NCBI RefSeq assembly: GCF_009914755.1
Contig: NC_060935.1
Source of the DNA: the human T2T-CHM13v2.0 reference genome, Homo sapiens
Reading direction: 5' to 3' (one strand)
Length of the DNA: 64,000 nt
Positions 14,796 to 28,660 of this stretch are shown here, piece after piece (within the stretch, counting starts at the first letter, position 1; every line of letters begins with the position of its first letter). The notes beneath the pieces were generated by a model. That model did no database searches. It worked only from the letters and a program-made list of their open reading frames with translations, and was not told the origin of the DNA. The position numbers were made by a program, and so were the translations under genes.

Positions 14796-15191
14796 CCATA
14801 ATATGTTTTATCAAGATAATAGCAGTGACGACCACAGTCCATCTGTAATGTCACAAACCAAGGGAAACCCAGTGAGAGAGGCCAGCAGATTTCTCCTGGC
14901 CCCAGGTGCCTATTCGGTCAGCTAGGAAGATGAGTTAGGAGCTAAGAACATTCTTGGATCATCCTCTGACATGCAGGCCGACAGTCTTAATGAAGTAACT
15001 GGAAGTACGAGAAAAATTTACCCCCACACTTTATTGCTTAAACCTTCCTACACTTAATTCTGAATCAGTCAGAAGAAAGGCTTTGTAGAATGTGATTTTA
15101 GAGATGCCTCTATACATGGTTTAGTAAATTTACGAAATGCTTCTGAAAAGGACTTAAAGCTACTACTGAACAAACACTCATTTATCTAAGT

Positions 15192-15380
15192 CAGTATTTC
15201 TCAAACTTCAAAGAACCTAAGGCGCACTTGCTGGGCTTAGTAGACTGAATTTTCCCAGGCCTCACCTCTAAAGAGCCTGGCTCAGGGTATCTGAGAAAGG
15301 AGCCAGGGAGCTGCATATTAAACAAGGTCCCCAGGTGATTCTGAAGCGGAAGGTTCACGGACTGCACTCTGAGAAGCCGA
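15192..15380. mobile_element. MER5A (hAT-Charlie MITE)
   Basis: CAGTATTTCTCAAACTT start; CTGCATATTAAACAAGGTCCCCAGGTGATTCTGA; ends GGACTGCACTCTGAGAAG. Confidence 0.75.
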
Positions 15381-16318
15381 GTTTAAATGAATAAAAGCTG
15401 TCATTATTCTTGAGATGAAGGTGAGGAAAAAAATCGTGACTACTCCCTGATATCACACAAGTATTGAGTGCTCGCTGTATGTAAAGTTCTGTGCTAGGCA
15501 CTGAGTGGGAGGCGAGGAAATAGATGCCGAGGTCCGTATCAGCAGTTCTCCATCTGTCTTTAATTGCTTCTCCAAGTTTTGAAACAGGGCTAATTTATCC
15601 ATGTCACAATGTGCTTGGGTACCCACTTCTGCATTCGCTTTCCTAGGCCTCCTACATTCGGTGTTTGACTACTGTATAAACACAGAAACTAATCAGGAAA
15701 ATAAGGTAATACTTATATTATTAATGGTAGTAGTAATAGTAGGAGTAGCTGAATGCAGGTCCTGGGCTATGTCCAACCGAAAGATGTCCTGTGGCCTATA
15801 TGAAAATGATGCTAAACACATTTCATAGCATGGCCTTTCTTTTAAAATTCTTTGAACGTAGGAAAGATATCATGCATGCCTCCCTCTTGCCTTTGATCAG
15901 AAATGGTGTTTGCATGCCTGCCATTCTGCTTCTGACCACAGCTGGGATCTCGGAGCAGGGATCTCAGGGCTGCATCCCTGAGGTGGGCCTAAGCCCCAGT
16001 GGCTCCCACTGGGAGAGTTCCTCTGATGGCTTTAAAACTCCTCAGCAGTCACCCTGATTGCATGAGATCTGCTTCTTGCCTTCCTCTCAATGACGGTTTA
16101 GTAGTCAAAGATGAGTGGAATGTTCTTGTTGCATGTCTCAGGGCAAGATAATTTCCTTCCCTTTGTTTCACCTGCGAACTGTGCACACCCAGCCTAGAGC
16201 CAGGCTGGTCAGATGCTCTGAAACACCCGCAGGCTCCTGAGAGGCAGAGGCTGCGGGAGTGCAGCTCTTCAGTCCTCGGGAGTGTGCAGCTGCCAGGTGG
16301 GGGCATCAGGACTGGGGA

Positions 16319-16371
<53 letters not shown>

Positions 16372-16382
16372 CGCACGCGCAC
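16319..16382. repeat. (GT)21(GC)6 alternating purine-pyrimidine tract
   Basis: Directly visible. Confidence 0.95.
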
Positions 16383-16899
16383 TCGTGCGTTTGTGTGTGT
16401 AGTCACAGCTGTGCCCATCCCTGCCCCAGTGAAAGCTATGGATTTAATCCCCAAGCGTACTCAATGAATCAAATGCAGGTATGGATTGTGGATCCCAGTA
16501 AGCCCGTCCATGTACTCCAGGTAAGAAATGCTGGTCAAGGTGGAGAAGAAATATCTTTGTATTTCTTGAATGTAAGTGGGGGACAAGGCCTAGAAAAGGT
16601 AGCTCTCAGAAAGGTGGGTGAGTCACAGAGGTGATTTGCACCACCTTAAACTGGAAGTTCTACGGACACTGGGAGTTCCTTTATGTGATATTTTAATCGT
16701 TTTCACTCTGGCCTGACAGGGTTCAAAGTGTGCATGAAAAAAAATCATTATTTAAAAATTAATGCATGTATAATATTTAATCACTTTTGTCCATTCAAAA
16801 TATATTATACACATACATTTTTTGAGTGCCTATTAGTGTATTGCATAGGACTAGGGTGGTGGAGAAAGGAATTACTATTTATCAATCAATTATAGGTTG

Positions 16900-17070
16900 A
16901 GTCTTTTAACTGATTCATTGCTTTTCACAGTGATGCCGACGTGTTTATTTTTTACCCCCATCTTACAACGAGGGCGTAAAAGCTGAGAGAGTTTAGATTA
17001 CTGACCCAAGATCACGCAGCTCGTGACAGTGGTACTGGTCTTGATTTCAGAAAGCCTTTTTTCTTTGCCC
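16900..17070 (-). mobile_element. MIR fragment
   Basis: CCCCATCTTACAA..AGCTGAGAGAG..GACCCAAGATCACGCAGCT core. Confidence 0.7.
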
Positions 17071-17876
17071 TCTGCCTTCTGCCCCGTGGCCTTGAACCAC
17101 CCTCCTGTCAGGGGCCACGAAGGAATCACAGAACTGAGCACAAAATACAGCCCCAGGTGTGCCTCATCTGGTCCTCCCAGCAACCAGCCCAACTGGCAGC
17201 TGCAATCGGAATCACATCTCTACTGTAGAGAAGCCGAGTGAACATTTCCAGTTAGTGTCAGGGACAGTGCCAGCACCCAGGCAGCTCTATGCCTACCCCG
17301 TGTGCTTTCCACTGCCACTGTTACCTTACATTCCTACTGCGGACACCCACTACCTCCTGCAAACACATCCTGCTTCCGGCTGGTCCCTCCCACTGCCCTG
17401 CCTGCTCCGCTGGGAGGAGCACATCCCTGGTGCCTCACAGGATGGGGGCCTGCAATGCCTCCCTGACTCCAGGTGTATGTCTGAGGAGGTAACACCCTCT
17501 TCACTATTCATCACATAACAAAAAACTCTTTGGGAAAAAATAAATTAAATCCAGACCAAAAAAAAAAAAAAAAAAAAAACAACAACAACAAAACGCAACC
17601 CTTTCCTCCAAGTTAATTAATTTGAGCACTATTTTCAGGAAAAGCGTTTCTTAAATCCCTATCGCTGAAGGCAATTTTCTTGCCACAATCACTCCGTGTT
17701 CCTGACAGAAAGGAGCATAATCACTCCTTGACAGAAGGTGACTGGCAGAAAGAGGGCTGAGGGGAAAGTGAGTTTCTATAGCCATGGAGGAGCTGCAAGC
17801 GCCTCAGAGGACACCCCGCCCCCAAGGAGGCTCTAGCGCCTGACCAGGGAGGTCTCTCTGCAGGGCATGTTGACTG

Positions 17877-17970
17877 CTGTGTGTGCGTGTGTGGGAGGCA
17901 TGTGTGTGTGTGCATGTGTCTGCGTGTGCATATGCCTGTGCACATGTGTGCATGTGTGTGCATGCACGTG
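17877..17970. repeat. Degenerate (TG)/(CATG) repeat
   Basis: Directly visible. Confidence 0.85.
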
Positions 17971-18404
17971 GGAGTGGTGTGCTGGTGGATGGAGAGAGGG
18001 GCAGGATCTTTGCCTCCACAGGGATCCTGGACACACATCGGATCCTTGACAGGGTACAGGGTTGCTGGCCTCGTGCAGGCTGGTTTGCCTGGGCCACACA
18101 TGCTGGCATGTGCAGGGGTCTGCTGAACTCAAGGCTCTACCACGCATTGGAGGGCCACACGTCCTTGGTTCCCTCCATGCCTACTTTAATGCCTCAGCAT
18201 CCTTCCAACTGCAAGTTGGAAGTTGCAGCTGGGCTCTCTCGGGGTTGGAATCGACTGTTATTGATGGGAGAGCTGTGATGGAGCTTTTCCCACACCTGGA
18301 AATGGGGGTAAAATGTACGAGCAGCATGGGGGAGCATGCCATTTCTCCTTCTGCTTGGAGGCAGCCAGAAAACCGTCTCAGCCCCAGTGCCCTTAGCCAT
18401 TAAG

Positions 18405-18640
18405 AGTAATAATAGGTTCCATTAATCAAGCAATCAAGCACTAGGCTAAGCATTTTATGTGTTTGCATACATTATTTCTTATAATCTTTCAACAACCCTG
18501 AGAAGTTGCTATTCTAATCACTAGTTTACAGATGAGAAAACTGAGGCTCATGGGGAACATGACTCACGCAATTCATGCAACACAGCCAGAACTTGATCCC
18601 CAGAACACATTACTGTCAAAGCCCTGCGCTTAACCAGTCC
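18405..18640 (-). mobile_element. MIR
   Basis: TTTACAGATGAGAAAACTGAGGCTCA core. Confidence 0.8.
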
Positions 18641-19039
18641 ACTCTGATGCAGCCTGCTGTCCAGGTTAGGCACTCCTCGGGCCATGAGCTGATGCAAAAG
18701 GAATGGTGGTCCCTGAGGGGCCTCGACTGGGAGGACCTTTAGAATGAGGGGCTTCTTCTGTCCTCCAGAACTGAAGATTTATCTGACTTTGGATAGGGCA
18801 AGAATATTTTTCCTTCCCCAACTAACGGACAGAATTCATTCCTTCACTGGTGGGTGAAGTGATGCTAATGAGAGAGAGTCCCGTGAAGAGCAAAGCAACA
18901 ACATCTGAATGTACCTGTGTGCACCGGGGCCCAGGTGAAGAACAGCAAATGGTAGGCAAAGGCCCACGGGATGCCTTTGCTCCTTGCCAGCGTGCTTACA
19001 TCATCGCTGAGGCTCAAATGATTCAAGAGTAAATTAAGG

Positions 19040-19155
19040 ATAAAATACTTGCCTCTCTGGGTTTTGTGAGCATTAAATAAAATAATATATGTAAATGGCT
19101 GAACACAGTGCCAGGCTTAAAGAAGTGCTCAGGAAAGGGTAATTAGCATTATTAA
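19040..19155 (+). mobile_element. MIR 3' part
   Basis: GGTTTTGTGAGCATTAAATAAAATAATATATGTAAA..ACAGTGCCAGGC..GTGCTCA. Confidence 0.7.
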
Positions 19156-19371
19156 TTATTTCCTTCTCCAGGTGGTAAGTAGCAGTTCCTGCTGCACTTC
19201 TGCACCTGTAAGCACCAGGGCTTGGAGCCGGGTGTGTCTAGATCCCATCTGGACCTGCCAGACTTGTGACATTGAGTACCATACTTCCCTGAGACCTGTG
19301 TTTCTCATTTGCAAAAGGGGAACTTCATGGTCTCTACCGTCTAAGGTGGTGTATAGGAAAAGGGAAAGAGG

Positions 19372-19764
<393 letters not shown>

Positions 19765-20397
19765 TCAATAAACAGCAGCTATTTTTGTTATCATCATTAT
19801 TATGCTTGTACTGCTTACGCATCAGAAAAATCTGTAGGTGTTGTCCAAGTTCCTGTTGAACCTAGGAGCTGCAGAGAGCATCTTCATTGCCTGGAGATGA
19901 GAATATCAGCACAATTCATAGTTCATTAGAGGAAGCGGTGTATTGCTAAATGAGTCCCCTAGGAGTTAAGGACACTTCTGAAAATTGTTTCAAGTCAGTC
20001 TATGGAGTATAAAGCAAGGACAGAAAATAGTCTTTTCCTCAGGCCTCTTTTGTGCTTATGTTTTGACTTTGGTCTGAGCACAGCTTCCATCTGAGGAGGT
20101 GCCTTTCTCCTCTCTTCTCCAAATCATATGGATTGGGGACGCATGACTCTGGGTCCTTGCACGTCACCTGAGAAGCATCTGCTAATAAGAGTGCAGAATG
20201 TGATCACCTTGCACTAGCCCCACGGCTTTATCCATATCCCTCAGCCTTGTCTCTCAGACCAAGCCAGACTGAGAGGTTTTTGTGTTTCTAGTCCTTCCTC
20301 TCCTATGTCCTAAATTTATTTATTTAAATTTTATGCCCTTCTCCATTTTGGATATATTTGTCTTCAATCCATCCATCTACACACGTTTGTCTAATTC

Positions 20398-20545
20398 AGT
20401 GGCTCTCAACCTAGCATATGTTTGAATCACTTGGGAGAATTTAAACATAGGAATCTGAATTGGGGGTGGGAAGGAGGGGTCTTGGGTATCGGTTTCTCTT
20501 TTACAGCTTCCCAGGTAACTATGCAACCCCATTTGAGAATTAGTA
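20398..20545. mobile_element. MER5-family fragment
   Basis: CAGTGGCTCTCAACCT..GAATCACTTGGGAG..CCCAGGTAA..TTTGAGAA. Confidence 0.6.
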
Positions 20546-21613
20546 ATCTAGTTCTTTCTCTGTGTTGGCAAAAATACCAGCCTTGCAAGATTGATGAGGA
20601 AATCCAAACTGAGATCATGTCTGTGGAAGCTCCTTGTCAGCTAGCTATACAGCAACATACATACATATGTCTCTTGTTGCCTTTGGCTTTTAGACAGATC
20701 TACACGTTGGCTTCCAGATGCACTGCTGCAGGTGAGCAGTGAACAGTTTTTGCTGTCAGTCCTCATCTCCCCACTTGCTGCTTTCCACAACCTCCGTTCC
20801 TCTCTGACTCTCCCTGGGCAACTTGTGTGGACCTCCATCTGCCTCAGCGTGTCTCCCCAGCCTGGCTGACTTCAGAGGTGACTTCATGCTGCAGATCCAT
20901 GGAGCAGGACACAGCCCTCAAATTCATGTGGCTTGTAAACTGATATCGTTACTGAAATGAAATAGTTACTGACAGGGACAAAGGTGGCCCTCTGTGTCCT
21001 ATCTTGTCCACCTAGGGCACTGCTACATGGAAGCGGGCCTTTTGGCCAGGTCTACCAGATGATTAACACTTTCATAAAAACCAGCACCTTACAGCTGTGT
21101 TCATCAAATCAGACAGTGCCTGTGTCAAATCCACTGTCTCCCAGTGTTGCCCTGTCCCTGATTTCCACACATGAAATCAATTACCACACATTAGCGGATG
21201 TTTAACACTTTAACGGAGTATTTTTCTCTACCATTGTTTGCATAGAGGGGACATGAGGAATCATTACCAAGTGACCAGCAATGGATTTTGTATTGGCAGA
21301 GAGGAGAGGCTGGAGCTTAGTGAAGTGAATTTAGAATGCCCCAGGGAACATTACAAAGTCCCTATGCCGGGGCTCCTAGTGGCTGAAGAGGTTGAGAAAG
21401 CTGCACGTGGAGTGCGGATTCACTGGAAAATTCTGAAAGTCCATGTGCAAATCTGGGGAATGCCAATCACTTCCTCTGAATCTCATAGATGTACACCTCG
21501 GCTCACACTCACATTCTCCAGCCATCCTGCCTAGTGCTGGCTTTTGCTCATGGTAGGCTTCACACAGCACGTTCCTCACCCGAGGAGGAACAGTGTCATT
21601 CTGGAAGGCATGG

Positions 21614-21972
21614 TGACATGGCTTGGCTGTGTCCCCACCCAAATCTCATCTTGAATTGTAGCTCCTATAATCCTCATGTGTTGTGGGAGGGACCTGGTGG
21701 GAGGTAATTGAATCACGAGGGGCAGGTTTTTCCCATGTGGTTCTTCTGATAGTGAATAAGTCTCATGGGATCTGATGGTTTAATAAAGGGCAGTTTCCCT
21801 GCACACCCTCTCTTGCCTGTAGCTGTGTAAAACATGCCTTTGTTCCTCCTTCATCTTCCGCCATGATTGTGAGGCCTCCCTACCTATGTGGAACTGTGAG
21901 TGCATTAAACTTCTTTATAAATTACCCAGTCTGGGGTATTTCTTCACAGTTGTATGAAAATGGACTAATAGA
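21614..21972 (+). mobile_element. THE1 (MaLR) solo LTR
   Basis: TGACATGGCTTGGCTGTGTCCCCACCCAAATCTCATCTTGAATTGTAGCTCC..GGACTAATAGA; near-TSD CATGG/AATGG. Confidence 0.92.
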
Positions 21973-21977
21973 AATGG

Positions 21978-22200
21978 GCTTGAAATCAGACCATAATGAC
22001 ATGAATCCCAGCCCCAGTCACTTCATGGCTATGGGGCTTCAGAGAAGTCACCCAACCTTTTTAAACTTCAATGTCTTCATCTATTAAATGGGGGTCCTAC
22101 CCAATAGGACTGGCCTTGGAAGAAATAGAATTAGAAAAGCTCAAACATATAAAAGCATTTAATTCTGTGCTTGGTGCTACTTCATAAACGTCAATAAATA
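21978..22200 (+). mobile_element. MIR
   Basis: GAATCCCAGCCCCAGTCACTT..CTTCATCTATTAAATGGGG..TCAATAAAT. Confidence 0.65.
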
Positions 22201-25200
22201 TTTTAGAATAAAAGTTTTCTTCTCTCTCTTCCTTTAATCACAGAGCCACTTGTCCTTCGATCATACTAAGTATCTTCTCAGCAATATCATTTCTGGAGTC
22301 AGCTCTTTCTCTTCCTCCCCGTCCTCCACTGTCGTCAGCAAAGGGGCTGGCCTGGCTTCTCTCTAAAATCCTTCCCAGCTCCGGTTCTAAATGTGGCTGG
22401 TGAATTCAAATAAACACATACACATACACCCCCACCTCTCTTACATGCGCAAAGACAAAGAAAACGGATGAAGGTTAATTTTTTTGGCCCCTTCTCATAA
22501 TGACTCATCCATAACGATTTCTACTGGTTGTATTTTCTTCTGTGACAGAAACAATTGACTGCATTCTTGCAGAGCCCCCATTTTCTCAGCGTGATCTAGT
22601 TGTGTGGTGGTTTGGGAAGTAATTTACTGATATTTTGCTTCAAAACAGCTTACAAAGACCAAGGGGTTTTGTTGACACCAAGGTGCATTCCTTATGGGCT
22701 AGAAAAATAGGATAAAACCATTTAAAAAGTAAAAACATGGTATTACCATCACTTTGAACTTCAGTTGTAAATCACAGACCCCTAGTTGAGACTGGCCTCT
22801 CCTCCCCTTCATTTCTGCATCTTGCTCTGTGTGCCAGCACTGGATTGTTTGTCTGCATGGGCAAATTCACATTCCATCTTGTTGGAAGCAACTTTCGTAT
22901 TTGATTATATTCCTCATCCTTGGAATGCCAATGTATGACTTTCTTCCATTTCTTACCTTTCACTCTATGAAAAGCAAGCAGCCATCGCAAGGCCCGTAAC
23001 TAAGCAGGGTCACAGAGCCGTCATCTCTCTGGGTTCTGTCCTTGGTCCCAGCTCCTTTTTTCCCTTGGGCATTCCTCAGCCTGGTAGTATTGATTCTACA
23101 GTAGTTCCCCCAGTCCTCTCTTCAGGCTGCAGACCAGAGAGCTGCCCGGAGGATCCTTACCAGTCCTTGGCTTTCGGCAGAAGCAGTGATGCTGTCCTCC
23201 TCATCCTCATCCTCATCCTGTCCAGGGAGGGAGCATCCTTAGCCTCTCTCCATAATCCGCTCCAGCCTGAGCTCTCCAAATTAGACAGGATTTAGGCTTC
23301 TTCTTGGTCTTAGAGTTGGCAGGCATTTGTTATTGGTTTTGCCCAAGGTTTTATACTCATTTTAAAATTAATAATGATTTTAGAATTTTATAATGGGCAA
23401 GGTTTATGATCATCAGTCTAATCTTATAAGCCTAAATCCTAAACCAACATGAATTATGCTCAGGGTGGCCTAAGCAGCTGCACAGATCTTTGATTTCCTG
23501 AGAAGTAGACATGAGTAGGGAGGAGAGAGGAGCAGCTATTGTCAGCTCCACACTGTGCCCTCCCCGACTGGGGGACTGTGGAAATTGACTTCTAAAGGAG
23601 AGGGCTCCAAGGCCCTAACATAGGTTACCTTTGTTAGTAGGTTTGCTTAAGTTGCACTTATGAAATTAGAACGTGATTTCCTCTATTTTTTCAACAACTG
23701 TTAGGTTACTATGCTGAATTTCTGGGCATTTTGTAGTCTACATTTAACCATTTGCTCATTCCCAAGCATCTGTGGAAGACCTACTACGTGTAAGATGCTG
23801 TGCTAGAAGCTTCAGAAGAGATTTTTTTCAACGGCCACTACCTTGGAGATGCTCCCAGTTTAGTGGGGGAGGGCAGTGTTCTCAGACATGTAAGTATTAA
23901 AGTTCTTTTCTTTCTATATTTGTTATCTTCTGCTCCTTTAGCTGACTAGATGGAGCTCAAGTGGTTGGGCTTCTCAAGTGTCACTGAGTTAATATGAGTA
24001 ATGTTCCCATCTGCATTCATTTCTGATTCCTGACGTCTTGACTGTTTCTTTCCTCTTTCTCTTCCTGCCAACATGATATAAGAAGATAGACATTTATTTC
24101 TAAACCAAAGTACCGAGAAATGACCCATGAAACTGTCTTAGGAGAGGTCACGTTTCAAAAAAGTAGTCTAGAATCCTGCCTGTCTCATTTTTGTCTGTCC
24201 TGATTTCCTTGCAGCCTGGGCATGCGCTAATTTGTTCTGCATTATCCTGTGACAACTCGGTTGCAAGGACAGAAAGTTAATTCTCTATTAGTCAGGTCTC
24301 CAGAGCTACGTAGTCAGGTAAAAAGTCCAATGGGTCTTCAGATAGGATATTTAAGGCCCAAATTGTATCACTTGCACTCACCCACTGCCCAGACCCACAG
24401 CCAGCACCAGCTTTCTTGAGTGGCCTGGGAGGGACAGTACCAAGATGACGCTGACTGTGATCAGACAGTTTAGCACTGGACCTCTTCTGGGCTACTTGGC
24501 CAAATTAAGGCCATTATCTTCCTTGTCCTTCTTTCATGAAGGCTGCTGAGCTCAGCTAAGTGGCCCTGGGACCCTGTGGAGAAGGCTGACAGTCTTCTTG
24601 ATCTGCCAGGAAGCCTGGGAGAGACACATGTCTAGTTAATAATAGAATCAGCTACTTGACAAGGCTCTTTTAGTTTATTAGAGGGATGCCTCAGAAAACA
24701 GGTGGTTGGTACTAGGGAGGAAAAAAATGGGGGAGTAGTGTTTCTATTTTGCATATGGCATTGGCTTGTGAAGCTACTTCCACCCCTAATCCCTTTGACC
24801 CTTTTGTAGCTCAGCTGACCAACAGGGGAATACTTATTTATAGTGTCCCTTCCCCTCCTCTAACTGAGATCAATGCATTTTATTTAATTGGCGTCACCCC
24901 ATCATATTAGAACATTTAGAATTTGTCTTTATGGCCTTCTTTATACCCCAGGAAGGGCTCTTGAGGGCAACGCAAAAGGGCAGCTTTGGGTGTTGAACGG
25001 GGTCTCCATTAATTTGGGATGAACTGAGTGTCAGAAAATTGAGTTTCAAGGGCAGCCTAGGAAACTTGTCAATTTCAAGCTGTCTGCTGTGGAGCCAAAG
25101 CATCCTTAGTTGCTGGATTTTGGAGGCTTGTTTACGTTGGTTTATGTAATAGCTACAGTCCCCCAGGTTGATTAAGTAATTTCTTCATTTAGAACATCCT

Positions 25201-25484
25201 AAATTGCATGACATTTGAGAGATTTCCTTGACCTTGTCAAGGGCAGATGCTCACTTTATTGCTTTTCCTTATTCTTTGCTTAAAGAAAACAGACTGCTTT
25301 CTCCCTCACGGCAACTAGAGGTGAGTGGAAATGACCACAGATGTTTTATGATTATCAAGCCCTTGCAGTTGTACGCCCTAAACTGGCTAATAGCTTCTCT
25401 CCTGTGTATTCTTGTTCTGTCTTCTGTAATTTTTCCTCCCATTTTCTTTCCAAGTCAAAATCTTTGCCCTTTATGTGAAGCATA

Positions 25485-25690
25485 ATAATACTTAGCATTT
25501 ATGCAACACTTTGCATTTTTAGGGTCCCGAATGATCAGTAATGAGCTAATCCACACATGGTGATGGTTGTGCAGCAGGCCAGCTGTTACCCCATTGCACA
25601 GATGAGAAAACCAAGGTCCCAGTACAGCAACTCCCAATTGAAAGCCAGGCAACCCTTGCACATCTGAGTCCCTGGCTTCAAGTGAAGGCT
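25485..25690 (-). mobile_element. MIR/MIR3 fragment
   Basis: CCCATTGCACAGATGAGAAAACCAAGGTCC core. Confidence 0.6.
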
Positions 25691-26899
25691 TCCTTCGCAC
25701 TTGGCTCCCAGGAGTAAAATCGAGAGAGAAAGAGAAGGATCAGAAGTTAAATTTTCCCTACGTGCTTTCTTTATTAAAATTTAACCTGTTCCCATTTTCA
25801 ACTATTTCTTTAATAACCTGCCTCAGCCATAGAGAATTCCAGTCCAGTTCAACAGGAAGCTGCCTGCATGCCACTTCCAGTGCCACCCATGACTTAATAA
25901 GCCCTTCCTTGCTCCTGTCACCAACGTCATCAATGGAAGTTGTACATGCTTCAGGACTCAGGACACATTCCTCCCCAGTGCCTCTTTCTTGTCTTCTTGG
26001 GCCGACAGCTGGCTGGTTATCACAATCATCTGAGTGCACCCACCTTCTAGGGCAGTCTCCTAGGCTATATTTGGTTAGCTTATTTATGAGGATGTCACAT
26101 AGGCAGAATCAACAACCTTCCTGTTCTTGAGCTCTAATATGTTTATTGTGTCATCACTTCTACAAGAATCATCTTCCTCTTTGAGACAGGAGTAACCTGG
26201 GTGGGTCAGACACAATGTGCTTCTTTCAAAGCCACACTGGTATTTCCCAGCACTCTGCGGTTTGTCTGTCTCCCAATTGATTCTCTTTTGATTTGCCCTG
26301 AGAGTCTTTCTCATAGGAAAATCAGGTTTTGTTATCAATCTCTAACTTTCCAAGTCGCCTTCCTGCCTTTTTAAAACATACATTGCATTTATTTGTTTCT
26401 TGTGTTTGGAAACCTTATCCAGTCCTTCATGAATTCTCAAAAACAGGATTTGTTGAAACTACAATTCCATCAGTCAGTTTTTAATGACATGTCCACTAAG
26501 TTATAAGACTGTGGATGGCAAGGACAATATTTTATTTGATTTTTAAAAAAATTCTCCATGGTGCTGAATACTATGCCCTGGCAGATTAACAGGTGCTTAA
26601 AACCTGTGTGAAATGCATCTGCCCAGCCCTGTAAGATTCTAGGTCCTCTGGGAAATACTACAAAATATATTATCTTGTCCAACCTTCTAGGAATTTTCAA
26701 TTTAGGTGGGCAAGCGAGTCTTACATCCATGAAACTTTTAGAAAATAGTAAATGACAATATGATCAAGGGCCAGAATGGACAATAAAGACTGTGTGTATA
26801 ATGCTCCAGTAAGTAAGATAATTAACAATGGGATCTTATAGGTGGCTAAACTGGCAATGTACTCCAAATGCAGCTGCAGGCATTGGAGGGTGGGCCTCG

Positions 26900-27250
26900 A
26901 TCTGGGCTTTGGAGTCAGACAGATTTGGATTTAAATCTGAGGCTTCTGCAATCAAGTAGCTGTGTGATTCGGACAAGTTGCTTAACCCTTGTAAGCCTTG
27001 GGTTACTTATCTGTCATATAGGAATAATCCTACTTCTAATAATGCATTCCTATGAGGATGTAAACTCCAACAGGAAAGAGAGTGCTGTCTCTTTTGTTCA
27101 CTGCTCTACTCCTATTGGCTAGAAGACCAATGACCATTTGTTGATGCAATCAACCTCACCAGGTTTTCATTAGTTTAGGTAATATACATAAATTAAAAGT
27201 TGAATGCAGTGCTGAGCATAATATGTGCTCAATACAATTTTAAAATCATT
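26900..27250 (+). mobile_element. MIR interrupted by a short L2 piece (~27065-27150)
   Basis: GGCTTTGGAGTCAGACAGATTTGGATTTAAATC..GGACAAGTTGCTTAACC; L2-like GTCTCTTTTGTTCACTGCT. Confidence 0.7.
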
Positions 27251-27789
27251 ATTGTAGCTTCACTTGGGTTTGGCAGTACTTAACCTTCTGGCCATGTAAT
27301 CCTTGAGTTCTGTTTCCTGTAGCAATGAGCCCATAGCAATGAACCTAAGTGCTGATATTCTAAAAGAATATCAGGTCTGTAGAAAGCTGTCCGTATATTC
27401 TGACCTGCTTTGTGTATTTCTTCAATTACTTCGCCTTACTATTGTATCTTCATTTGTTTGTTTAAATCTTTTGAATCTGGATTTCTTTGTTATTTTCCTC
27501 CAGATTTTGTGACTCACTTGAATCATGTCTTTTTCCATTGCCTCTCTGGCATCTTGATAGTTGTAGGTGATTTTCTTATGAAAGACCAGTGCCCACTGTG
27601 AGGCCATGGGACACAGCCCGAAGCCCTTTAGCTCCTGGATAACTAGCTAATAGTTCCCTAGAAGGAATGCCCTCAGGCTTCCTGAGGACTGGAATGACTC
27701 CTTGGCAGAGGTGAAGCATTTTTTAATCTATCTGAGTTATTTAAAGTTTAAGACAGGGATAACCTACACGAGAGACTATTTTCTTGAAG

Positions 27790-27950
27790 AATACAGACTT
27801 GGGGTCCAGGCTCTGCTATTTGCTAGATTTACAACTTTGGAGAAATTAACCTCTTTGGTTTTCCATTTCTTTTTCAGTTAAACTGTGGTGAAAAAATACC
27901 TATCAAATAGGGTTATGGTGAGTGTTAAGAAAACCGATGTGTGCAAAGCA
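27790..27950 (+). mobile_element. MIR fragment
   Basis: GGCTCTGCTATTTGCTAG..TTAACCTCTTTGG..TAGGGTTATGGTGAG. Confidence 0.6.
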
Positions 27951-28641
27951 CATATATATTTTGTTTTTATTTTTATTTTGTCTGTTTCATGTTTTCAGAA
28001 ACCATGATCAAAGCATTCATAAGTTCTCCAAAAGGGTTCCATTGGTCCTCAAAGCACTTTTCACACATAAAGAGGAGGATGCTCAAAGAACTAATTTCTT
28101 GCAACTGACCTCTAAGTGTGGCTAGTACTTTCAGGCACTGCAGGGGGCTGGCTGCTGTAAAGGATACCAAAGACTGTGGAATTCACACTCTAAGGAGCCA
28201 AGACTAACAGGAATACACGAGACTACAGTGAGCAGCACAGATAGCAGTTAATGAGAGCTCAATTAGGTGGTGCAAAAACCTAAGTGCTGAGAGGAAGGTC
28301 AATGACAGCTGGGTGCGCTAGAAAGGGTTTGACTGCAGATGCTCTGGAGGCTTCCCCAGCCCTTGAAAAAGTACACTTGAGGGAGGAGATAGGATGAGGC
28401 TTTTGTTGGCAGCGTACTGAAAAAAAAAAAAAAAAAAAAAAAAAAAGATTTTCTTGGAATCAGCCCCACCAGATGACTTAGGGATACTATAAAAATGAGG
28501 CCATACTCGCTACCTGGAAGTCAAGAGACCTCAGCAGCCCAGGAGAAGGCCATGGTGGGAGCACACGAAGATTAAGCTGGGACCACCTGTAGTGGCAAAA
28601 ATCAATACCTAACACTCAATGCCCAGATGCAGATGGGGTTC

Positions 28642-28660
28642 TGGCCGTCAGGGGGCACTG
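28642..28660 (+). promoter_or_regulatory. Candidate CTCF site
   Basis: TGGCCGTCAGGGGGCACTG vs consensus TGGCCACCAGGGGGCRCT, at the edge of a CpG-retaining segment; motif match only. Confidence 0.5.

Noticed and set aside
15560-15712. Possible plus-strand exon ending AAG|GTAATA
   Set aside because: No clear acceptor, no recognisable protein; unsupported without RNA data.
16282-18278. C/V/H/T-rich ORFs
   Set aside because: Products of (TG)n/(CA)n repeats.
28420-28446. Orphan A27 tract (also poly-A/AAC at 17558-17592) as a processed pseudogene tail
   Set aside because: No convincing TSD or recognisable upstream body.
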